Assembly: GCA_903875045.1 (NCBI GenBank)
Contig: CAIQUS010000175.1
Location: 10,409 to 74,408 of the forward strand
DNA: 64,000 nt
Source of the DNA: an uncultured Bacteroidales bacterium
GTDB taxonomy: Bacteria > Bacteroidota > Bacteroidia > Bacteroidales > FEN-979
Direction: 5' to 3'
Every line of letters begins with the position of its first letter. The stretch's first letter is position 1. A model generated the notes under the pieces. That model saw only the letters and a list, made by a program, of their open reading frames with translations. It did not search any database and was not told the DNA's origin. Shown in pieces: positions 44,109-52,065 of the stretch. The position numbers and the translations under genes were made by a program.

Positions 44109-46514
44109 ATGAAAGGGAGCCTGACCCGGGATAAAATGGCTGAAATTATCCTGGTATTGTTTCTGACACTCACTTCAACAACTTTGCAAGGCCAGCAATT
44201 TTCGGCTGAGAAGAATGTATACACCGTTGCCATTGACAAAGAATATGAACCGTATGAATTTTTAAACCATGAAAACCACGCAGATGGTTTTACAACTGAT
44301 CTGTTAAGGGAAATCGGCCTCGCTACCGGCATAACTTTTACTTTTATTCCGATGACATGGAGTGAAGCATTTACGGCATTTAACCAGGGGAAAGTTGATC
44401 TGGTCAATATGATTTACACCCCCGAACGAGCCATGCTTTACGATTTTTCAATACCTCACAGTCAAATCACACAGGCTCTTTTTCGTGCAGAAAATGCTCC
44501 CGGCATTCAAAATATATCTTCTTTAGCCGGTCATCGTATTGGTTTTCAAGAAAATGACATTTCGCTGACGAATTTCGCAAACCGTACCGACTTTAAAAAA
44601 GTTATTTTCAATTCCAAGTTAGACGGTCTGTTAAATATTAATATTGGTGAAATAGATGCTTTTTTCTGTGCGCAGCAGCCTGGTATCAGCATCATACTCA
44701 AGTACAATTTTAAAAATGTAGACCTCGCAGAAGGAGAACTCTTCTCACAAAATTTCGCCTTTGCAACCCATAAGGGAAAGCCTGGTCTCATTGGCTTGCT
44801 CAATCATCAGATCAATGAATTAGAGGCTTCCGGAAAATTGCAGGCACTCCAGGACAAATGGCTTTCAAGAAAGCTCAGTGTTCCTGGCTGGAAGGAAAAA
44901 AACCAGGTTTTCCTTTTGACGCTGGGAGGTATCCTGTGCGGATCCTTCATTTTACTTCTGATTTGGACCAGAAGTTTACAGAGCCGGGTATTGTCTAAAA
45001 CAAAGTCATTAAAAGCGAGTGAGGAACGATTCAGGCTGTTATTTGAAGGAGCACCGGATGCCATGATCCTTACTGATGCGGTAACCTGGAACGTGCTTGA
45101 AGTAAACAATGCTACTTGCCGGTTATTGGGAAAAGACCGCGAAGATATCATTGGGATTCACCAATCTGACCTGCATCCACCTCATCTGGAATTAAGTTCA
45201 AAAAAGATATTTGAAAATCATTTACTTGATTTACAGGTTCATGGGTTTACCCAGCCGGCTGAGACTGTCATTCTTCGTTCTGATGGTGCAGAAGTTCCCG
45301 TTGAAATACTCTCCCAGATAATTCAGATTAATGAACGTCCTGTGGTCATGGGCACATTTCGTGATATCACCGGGAGAAAGCAGGCAGAAATGGCTGCACG
45401 TGACAGTGAACGAAAAGTCAATAACATACTTGAAAAATCACCATTCCACATCTGGGCATTTGACGGAGAGATCTACAATTATGTAAATAAAGCATACTTT
45501 GATTATACCGGTTTGGAAAAAACCAAAACGTTAACACCTGAAACATGGACAAATTATGTTCATCCCGATGATTTGGCCGAAGCCGGAAAAATATGGGCGA
45601 ACGCATGGAGTTACCAGGTTGAGCATGATAATTATTTCCGGTTGATCAGCAAGGAAGGCATCTACAGGGATTTTTGGTGTCATGCTGTACCTATTTTTGA
45701 TGAACAGGGAAAATTCAAAATGTTTCAGGGTTTCAATATCGACATTACCGATCGTACAAAGGCTGAAAAAGCGCTTAACCAGTTAAATGTGGAATTGGAT
45801 CAGCGTGTTAAACAACGTACTGCCGAACTTGAAGACGCGAACAAGGCACTTGAATCTTTTTCCTATTCTGTTTCGCACGATTTGAAAGCACCTTTAAATC
45901 ATATCAAAGGGTTTATCAATCTTTTCTTTCAAAACAGTTCCACCGAACTAACAGAAGAAGGACAGGAATATTTGAAAAAGATCACTGCGGAAGCAACCCA
46001 CATGGGAAACCTGATTGAAGCCATGCTGGCTTTTGCGCGGCTGACGTTAGCTCCCTTGCAAAAAACCAGGATACATTCATCAGATATGGTGCAGCAGGTG
46101 ATTCATTTTTATGCCCCGGAATTGGAAAACAGAAACGTCACATTTAAAGTGGCACCCTTGCCGGATATTTACGGAGATGAAGACCTCCTCAGGCAGGTGT
46201 GGGCCAACTTCATCTCGAATGCCATTAAATATACTGGCAGGAAGGCAGAGGCAGTCATAGAAATAGGTGCCATCGTCACCAAAAGTGAAACAACTTTCTT
46301 TATTAAGGATAACGGCGCCGGTTTTCACATGAAGCATGCTGAAAAATTATTCGGAGTTTTCCAACGATTGCATAAAATGAGTGATTTCGAAGGTGTTGGG
46401 ATCGGACTTGCCAACGTGAACAGGATTGTATTCCGTCATGGTGGCACCTGCCGCGCTGAAGGAGAACCGGAAAAAGGAGCAACCTTTTATTTTTGCTTAC
46501 CCAACTCAACTTAA
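44109..46514 (+). CDS. periplasmic solute-binding (SBP_bac_3) - TM - PAS - PAS histidine kinase (class-A transmitter)
   Basis: Venus-flytrap-like domain (YTVAIDKEYEPYEF...GFTTDLLREIG...MTWSEAF...GKVDLV). TM FLLTLGGILCGSFILLLIW. Two PAS modules. H-box FSYSVSHDLKAPLNHIKGF. The start is uncertain: 44109, 44136, or the track's 44037, which overlaps the previous gene. Confidence 0.85.
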   Translation: MKGSLTRDKMAEIILVLFLTLTSTTLQGQQFSAEKNVYTVAIDKEYEPYEFLNHENHADGFTTDLLREIGLATGITFTFIPMTWSEAFTAFNQGKVDLVNMIYTPERAMLYDFSIPHSQITQALFRAENAPGIQNISSLAGHRIGFQENDISLTNFANRTDFKKVIFNSKLDGLLNINIGEIDAFFCAQQPGISIILKYNFKNVDLAEGELFSQNFAFATHKGKPGLIGLLNHQINELEASGKLQALQDKWLSRKLSVPGWKEKNQVFLLTLGGILCGSFILLLIWTRSLQSRVLSKTKSLKASEERFRLLFEGAPDAMILTDAVTWNVLEVNNATCRLLGKDREDIIGIHQSDLHPPHLELSSKKIFENHLLDLQVHGFTQPAETVILRSDGAEVPVEILSQIIQINERPVVMGTFRDITGRKQAEMAARDSERKVNNILEKSPFHIWAFDGEIYNYVNKAYFDYTGLEKTKTLTPETWTNYVHPDDLAEAGKIWANAWSYQVEHDNYFRLISKEGIYRDFWCHAVPIFDEQGKFKMFQGFNIDITDRTKAEKALNQLNVELDQRVKQRTAELEDANKALESFSYSVSHDLKAPLNHIKGFINLFFQNSSTELTEEGQEYLKKITAEATHMGNLIEAMLAFARLTLAPLQKTRIHSSDMVQQVIHFYAPELENRNVTFKVAPLPDIYGDEDLLRQVWANFISNAIKYTGRKAEAVIEIGAIVTKSETTFFIKDNGAGFHMKHAEKLFGVFQRLHKMSDFEGVGIGLANVNRIVFRHGGTCRAEGEPEKGATFYFCLPNST

Positions 46515-46598
46515 CCCCAAACCCAAGGGTGGATGTTCTCCCCTTCTCCAGGCGAGGCATCATATTCACTTTTGAGAATACAACTAACAGACAACCTC

Positions 46599-48299
46599 AT
46601 GAACAACCACCAAAAAACGAAGGAAGAACTTATTCAGGAATTACGGGAATTGCAGCAGGAAAATAATAGAATTTCATCCCTGAATGCGATCAGCAAGGCT
46701 GAAAGAGAAGAAGCGGAGAAGGCATTGAGAGTGAGTGAAGAAAGATTCCGCACCCTTTTTGAACGCACTGTAAACGGCGTACGCATTGTAAACCAGGAAG
46801 GTTTTATTATCGAAGAAAACCGGGCTATGTCTGAAATTACCGGCATTCCAAACGAGCAAACCATTGCCAGACCAATTTGGGATATTCTTTTTCGACAAAC
46901 TCCATTTGCCAGCCAAACACCTGAAACGTATAGCCGGATCAAGGAGGCTATAGCAAAGATCCTTCGTGAAGGGAGATTTCCTGAAAATTGGATAACATTG
47001 ACGAACAATTTACAATCTGCAGATGGATCCTTAAAAACCGTCAAATCGAACTATTTTTCAGTAAAAACACCATACGAAACCTTGTTTTATGCAATTGTCC
47101 ATGATGTAACTGATATTGTAAAAGCTCATGACGAATTGCTTGCTGCAAAAACCGAAATTGAAAAAAGCGAAGAAACATATCGTAAAGATCTCATCCTGTT
47201 ACATTCCATTTTTGAAAGCCCGATGGATATCATCATTTTTGCACTCGATACCAATTATTGTTACACCGCTTTTACCAAATTTCATAGTCAGACCATTAAA
47301 AAGATTTGGGGGGTTGATATTCAGATTGGAATGAACATGCTTGATGTAATTTTAAGACCCGATGACCGGGAAAAGGCGAAGAAAAATTTTGATAGGGTTT
47401 TAAATGGGGAGAAATTTATTTTGACTGAGGAATATGGCGATCAGGAACGGTACAGAACTTTTTACGACAATCATTACAGTTGTATTAAAAATTCAGATGG
47501 TCAAGTCGTTGGCATATCGGTTTTTGTGATTGATGTAACACAGCGCAGGCAGGCAGAAATTAGCATTAACCAGTTAAATGAAACCCTTGAAGACCGGATC
47601 GCTGAGCGCACCAATGAACTTGAACTCAAAATGAAGGAAATTGAACAATTTACCTACATCGCATCCCACGACCTTCAGGAACCGCTCCGGACAATGATTA
47701 CCCTGACAAGGCTTCTTCAGGAAGAGAACGCCGGAAAATTAAATGAGGATGGAAATAAATCCATTGAATTGATTTCCAATTCAGCAATCCGCATGAATGA
47801 ATTGGTCAAGGGATTACTCGACTATTCCTTTCTTGGGCAGGAACGGGTTTTAACAAAGGTTGATTGCAGCAAAATTGTTGGTGAAGTACTTTCTGACATG
47901 GCTGATTCCATCAGGATAAGTCAGGCAAAAATAACCCTGTGTGAACTCCCATTCGTTGATGGTTATGCGACAGAATTAAGATTGTTGTTCCAGAACCTTA
48001 TCAACAATTCGATCAAATTCCGCTCAAAAGAAAAATTCCCTGAGATAAAAATTTCAGCCGGCGATAGGGAAAAAGATTATATCTTTACAATTGAGGATAA
48101 TGGCATCGGTATTCAGGCAAGCGACAAAGAAAAAATTTTCATCATCTTCAAACGCACTCACAACCGGAATGAATATGAGGGAACGGGTATTGGCCTGGCG
48201 CATTGCAAAAAAATAGTAAAATTGCATGGAGGGAAGATTTGGGTGGAATCCACACCCGGTATCGGAAGTGCATTTAGTTTTACAATCCCAAAACAGTAA
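46599..48299 (+). CDS. cytoplasmic PAS - PAS histidine kinase (class-C transmitter)
   Basis: Start at MNNHQKTKEEL (46599). PAS S-boxes (RFRTLFERTVNG and LLHSIFESPMD). H-box FTYIASHDLQEPLRT. TGIGLAHCKKIVKLHGG. Confidence 0.9.
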   Translation: MNNHQKTKEELIQELRELQQENNRISSLNAISKAEREEAEKALRVSEERFRTLFERTVNGVRIVNQEGFIIEENRAMSEITGIPNEQTIARPIWDILFRQTPFASQTPETYSRIKEAIAKILREGRFPENWITLTNNLQSADGSLKTVKSNYFSVKTPYETLFYAIVHDVTDIVKAHDELLAAKTEIEKSEETYRKDLILLHSIFESPMDIIIFALDTNYCYTAFTKFHSQTIKKIWGVDIQIGMNMLDVILRPDDREKAKKNFDRVLNGEKFILTEEYGDQERYRTFYDNHYSCIKNSDGQVVGISVFVIDVTQRRQAEISINQLNETLEDRIAERTNELELKMKEIEQFTYIASHDLQEPLRTMITLTRLLQEENAGKLNEDGNKSIELISNSAIRMNELVKGLLDYSFLGQERVLTKVDCSKIVGEVLSDMADSIRISQAKITLCELPFVDGYATELRLLFQNLINNSIKFRSKEKFPEIKISAGDREKDYIFTIEDNGIGIQASDKEKIFIIFKRTHNRNEYEGTGIGLAHCKKIVKLHGGKIWVESTPGIGSAFSFTIPKQ

Positions 48300-48305
48300 A
48301 CAACC

Positions 48306-48734
48306 ATGAAGAAATTAAACTGTGTATTGCTTGTGGACGATAACGAGTCTGACAATTTTATTCACAAAAGGGTTCTTGAAAAATCCGAGATCACCAAAAG
48401 CATTGCTGTTGCCCTGAACGGTCAGGAAGCGCTTGATTTTCTTAAAACAAAAATTAACAAGCCACAATCGGAAGATGCATATTGTCAGCCTGATTTGATT
48501 TTTCTGGATATCAACATGCCGGTCATGGATGGGTGGGAGTTTCTTGATGAATATCATAAACTTGAAAATGATCAGAAAGGGAAAGTGGTTTTTATCATGC
48601 TCACAACCTCTTTGAACCCGGTCGACAGGAGCAGAGCCGAACAAATGATTACCGGCGGATGTTTTCAGTTCAAACCCCTTACCCAGGAAATGATTAATAC
48701 CATCATGAAGATTCACTTTCCGGAATACCTTTAG
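48306..48734 (+). CDS. single-domain (receiver-only) response regulator
   Basis: 142 aa: LLVDDNESDN...LIFLDINMPVMDGWEF...IMLTTS...FKPL. There is no output domain. It begins 6 nt after the preceding kinase, the same architecture as Rcp1-type partners of SHDLQEPLR-type kinases. Confidence 0.9.
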   Translation: MKKLNCVLLVDDNESDNFIHKRVLEKSEITKSIAVALNGQEALDFLKTKINKPQSEDAYCQPDLIFLDINMPVMDGWEFLDEYHKLENDQKGKVVFIMLTTSLNPVDRSRAEQMITGGCFQFKPLTQEMINTIMKIHFPEYL

Positions 48735-48868
48735 AATTTTTGAATTTGGATGTCAGGTTAATACTTTCGGCTCAGGTCAGGTTACCGGCAAGTTACCGTT
48801 AAGTATTAGTAATTATCATATTTTTTAAACAAATACACACAGTAATAAAAAACGTAAACCTAAAGAAA

Positions 48869-49687
48869 ATGAAAACAATTATTATTTCAATCACTTTAAT
48901 GCTTTTCAACATGATATCAGTATTTGCACAAGATGCCGAAGGATGTGTTGATCATCCGCTATTTAACAGAATGCCGAATTATACAATAAGAGAATGTGCT
49001 AAAAACTTTGGTATTACTGATCTGGTTATGGCTGATGGCAATTCAAAAACTATTGAAGGTTACAAAACCACGGTTACTTATGATTTTAATACAGAAGGCG
49101 GAAAACAAGCATATTCTTTTTATCAAGTTGTAAAGAACTACGAAAACGCCCTTGCCAAATATGGTGTGAAAAGAATTTATTTGGCTTCACAATATGCAAC
49201 TCTATTTTGCAAATCAGGAGGGAAATCTATTTGGATTGGTATTGAAGCTGCTTCAGATGTTGCAGAATCATATACGCTTACCATTATGGAAATTGAAGAG
49301 ATGAAACAAGATATTCAAGCATCTGCAATACTTGACGGGTTAAACAAAGATGGTTTTATAGCGCTGGATATACTTTTCGAAACAGGAAAATCTGTAATAC
49401 AAAAAGAGTCTCTACCAATCATTGACCAGATCTATGAAATGTTGAAAGGGGCTCCAAACATGAAAATATCAATTGAAGGTCATACGGATAATGTTGGTGA
49501 TGCTGCCAGTAACAAAAAACTTAGTAACGACAGGGCAAAATCCGTTGTGGATGTTCTCATTGCAAAGGGTATCGACAAATCAAGATTGTCGTCAATTGGC
49601 TGGGGCCAGGAAAAACCAGTTGCCGATAACAGAACTGATGAAGGCAGAGCCAAAAACAGACGTGTGGAAATTGTAAAGAAATCATAA
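48869..49687 (+). CDS. OmpA-family protein
   Basis: Signal peptide. C-terminal OmpA domain: FETGKSVIQKES...GHTDNVGDAASNKKLSNDRAKSVVDVL...RAKNRRVEIV. Confidence 0.85.
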   Translation: MKTIIISITLMLFNMISVFAQDAEGCVDHPLFNRMPNYTIRECAKNFGITDLVMADGNSKTIEGYKTTVTYDFNTEGGKQAYSFYQVVKNYENALAKYGVKRIYLASQYATLFCKSGGKSIWIGIEAASDVAESYTLTIMEIEEMKQDIQASAILDGLNKDGFIALDILFETGKSVIQKESLPIIDQIYEMLKGAPNMKISIEGHTDNVGDAASNKKLSNDRAKSVVDVLIAKGIDKSRLSSIGWGQEKPVADNRTDEGRAKNRRVEIVKKS

Positions 49688-49698
49688 ACGTTGATCAT

Positions 49699-49762
49699 CA
49701 ATCCCAAATCGTAAATCGTAAATCGTAAATCCCAAATCGTAAATCGTAAATCCCAAATCCCC
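49699..49762. repeat. 7-bp tandem array (family F2)
   Basis: The minus-strand reading is GGG GATTTGG GATTTAC GATTTAC GATTTGG GATTTAC GATTTAC GATTTAC GATTTGG GATTG. It starts 12 nt after the OmpA-family stop and ends on the base before the hglS ATG (49763). Confidence 0.9.
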
Positions 49763-50569
49763 ATGTCCCACCACACAATCTTCGACCACCTCTGGGCCGA
49801 CTACTGCCACCAGAATCCTTCCACAAAAAAGGTTTACGATCTGTTTATTGGTGAAGGCGAAACAGTCATCAACGACCATATTGCCATTCGGACATTCCGG
49901 CATCCGGCCATCGGAGTGGATGGTCTATCGCGGATCTTTCTGAAAAACGGTTATGAATACCGGGGTGACTACCATTTCGAAACAAAAAAATTGTATGCCA
50001 AACACTTTGAACACAAAACCGACCAGGAGGCTCCGCGTGTGTTTATCAGTGAATTGCTAACCGGGGAATTCAGTCCTTTTTTACAGCATACAGTTGGCAA
50101 ATGGATCTCGCAAATCCCGGTAACCATGTATGATTCAGATGATCTGATCTTTGCCGGGAATATTTCAGGTAAACCTTCATTTGAAGTGTATGAAAAGTTA
50201 CGGACTGAATCGGAATACGCGGCCTGGCTGTATGTGAATGGTTTTTGTGCCAACCATTTTACAGTCAGTGTAAACCGCTTGAATAAATTGGATTCCGTCC
50301 GGAAAGTCAACGAATTTCTGAAATTGCATGGGTTTCAGCTTAACGATACCGGCGGGGAAATCCAGGGAACCCCTGAAGAACTCCTTGAGCAATCAAGCAT
50401 ACGGGCAGGAATGGTGAATTTTGATTTTATCGAAGGAACATTTGAAATTCCGGGATGCTACTATGAATTTGCAAAGCGATACCCCGACACCAATGGCAAA
50501 TTGTATAGCGGTTTTATTGCAAAATCGGCCGATAAAATATTCGAATCCACGAATTTTTATAAAAAGTGA
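49763..50569 (+). CDS. hglS: DUF1338 / 2-oxoadipate dioxygenase-decarboxylase (HglS-like)
   Basis: 268 aa. The N-terminal pattern IFDHLWADYCHQNPSTKKVYDLF...VINDHIAIRTF is typical of DUF1338 (VOC-fold). Size and the C-terminal FIAKSADKIFEST also fit the family. Confidence 0.7.
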   Translation: MSHHTIFDHLWADYCHQNPSTKKVYDLFIGEGETVINDHIAIRTFRHPAIGVDGLSRIFLKNGYEYRGDYHFETKKLYAKHFEHKTDQEAPRVFISELLTGEFSPFLQHTVGKWISQIPVTMYDSDDLIFAGNISGKPSFEVYEKLRTESEYAAWLYVNGFCANHFTVSVNRLNKLDSVRKVNEFLKLHGFQLNDTGGEIQGTPEELLEQSSIRAGMVNFDFIEGTFEIPGCYYEFAKRYPDTNGKLYSGFIAKSADKIFESTNFYKK

Positions 50570-52065
50570 CCAATCCTTTTACATCAATTTTCGGATTTGT
50601 ACTGTTTATGGTGGGAATTTCCTGTTCCGATGGCGGTTCAGGACAGGGACACGAAAAAAAATCCATACCAAAACCGGGTGTGGTCCATGAAAAAATAGTG
50701 TGTGCAGAGAGGCCAGGCAGATCGTATGCCTTGTATCTGCCGGAACCGGCCCCACCTCAAACAAGTGAGGCATCCCCGCCGGGTTCTGCTCAAAGAGGCC
50801 AGGACCAGCCATCTCCCCCACCTCACCAACGGAGTCGGAATTCAGGCAATCAGCTTTATCCTGTTTTGATTGTTTTTGATCCGCATGGCGACGGGATGTT
50901 TCCGCTCAAATTGTATCAGAATCTGGCTGAAAAATATGGATTTATCATGCTGGGGTCGAATGATTCCAAAAACGGGCTGCCGGCAGAAGAAGTAAATAGC
51001 ATTGCAGATGCCTTGATACATGAAGCTCGTACTGTTTATCCTGTGGACACAAACCGCATTTATCTTCTCGGGTTTTCAGGAGGTGCGCGTGTTGCAGCCA
51101 TGGCAGCGCTTTATCAGGTTCAGGTGAAAGGGATCATTGGTTGCGGTGCCGGGTTTGGTAACACTGAACAGCCAATCAAATACAAATTTGATTACTTCGG
51201 TATTGCCGGAACTGCAGATTTCAACATGCATGAAATGCTGCAGTTGGATGATGCTTTAACCAGGGCAGGTTTTCGCCATTTCATCACTACCTTCCCCGGG
51301 ATACATGCCTGGCCCCCCGTCGCGGTGATGGAGGATGGTTTTATCTGGATCACCCTCAATGCAATGAAAGATGGGATGGTAAAAAAAGATGATTCCTTTA
51401 TTTCCGGTGTGAATACCTGGTTTGAGAAACGCTTTGAGACGTTGGTCAAAAATAACGAACTCATCGGGGCCGCAAACATTTGCAGGGAGGCAGTCTCTTT
51501 CCTCGAAGGCTTGAAACCTGTAGATTATTTCAATGGTGAACTTACCAGACTTGAAAAACAACCAGCCTACCTTGCGCAGCTTGCCTTGCGTGAAAGCGTT
51601 ATGAAGAGTGAAGAAGAAGAAAAACAGGAACTGATGCAGGCCTTGCAGGCCAAAGACCTGGCCTGGTGGACCAAAAGAATTTCGAATTTCAAATCTCGAG
51701 TTTCAAAAAATGAATTAATAAACAGCAAGATTAACCCCGAAGATACGCTGAAAAACAGGAGATTGCTTTCTTTCTTAAGCCTTTACTGTTATATGAATGC
51801 CAATGCAGCACTGGCCCGGCAGGACGAAAACGCAGCAATAAAAATTATCGCTATATATGAACTTGTTGATCCGGTAAACCCCGAACCCAATTACATGCGT
51901 GCGGTTTTGCTGGCCCGGCGGTCGGACAATGAAGCGGCTTTAACCCAGCTCAGCATGTCCGTTTCAAAAGGGTTTACGGATAAAGCACGTTTGAACGCAC
52001 AACCTGAATTCCGCCAACTGAACAGCTCAACCTCCTGGGATGACTTGATGAAAAGTATAAAATAA
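50566..52065 (+). CDS. lipoprotein with alpha/beta-hydrolase-like N-domain and helical-repeat C-domain
   Basis: A GTG start overlaps the hglS stop (GTGA). Lipobox FMVGISC. Esterase-like blocks YALYLP...VLIVFDPHGDG...IYLLGFSGGARVA (GxSxG). Contains an in-frame Pro-rich GC-rich segment at 50740-50853. Confidence 0.6.
   Translation: MTNPFTSIFGFVLFMVGISCSDGGSGQGHEKKSIPKPGVVHEKIVCAERPGRSYALYLPEPAPPQTSEASPPGSAQRGQDQPSPPPHQRSRNSGNQLYPVLIVFDPHGDGMFPLKLYQNLAEKYGFIMLGSNDSKNGLPAEEVNSIADALIHEARTVYPVDTNRIYLLGFSGGARVAAMAALYQVQVKGIIGCGAGFGNTEQPIKYKFDYFGIAGTADFNMHEMLQLDDALTRAGFRHFITTFPGIHAWPPVAVMEDGFIWITLNAMKDGMVKKDDSFISGVNTWFEKRFETLVKNNELIGAANICREAVSFLEGLKPVDYFNGELTRLEKQPAYLAQLALRESVMKSEEEEKQELMQALQAKDLAWWTKRISNFKSRVSKNELINSKINPEDTLKNRRLLSFLSLYCYMNANAALARQDENAAIKIIAIYELVDPVNPEPNYMRAVLLARRSDNEAALTQLSMSVSKGFTDKARLNAQPEFRQLNSSTSWDDLMKSIK

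Noticed and set aside
18473-46598. N-terminal extensions of track ORFs (18473, 23436, 34764, 42488, 44037, 46533; also 923, 2927 and 63366 on the minus strand)
   Set aside because: The extensions overlap the 3' end of the preceding gene or run through repeat DNA, and they read as non-protein-like sequence. Internal ATGs giving signal peptides, TM anchors or domain starts a few nt after the upstream stop are more plausible.
14011-48734. The sensory island as a mobile or horizontally acquired element
   Set aside because: I found no integrase, transposase, tRNA target, flanking direct repeats or conjugation genes at its borders. By eye the composition is similar to the flanking genes. Paralog expansion in situ seems more likely, although this cannot be settled from one window.
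49480-49903. Minus-strand ORFs 49480..49776 and 49682..49903 with FTIYDLR-type peptide repeats
   Set aside because: The 7-aa periodicity is simply the 7-bp DNA repeat read in three frames. The ORFs overlap the OmpA-family and hglS genes.
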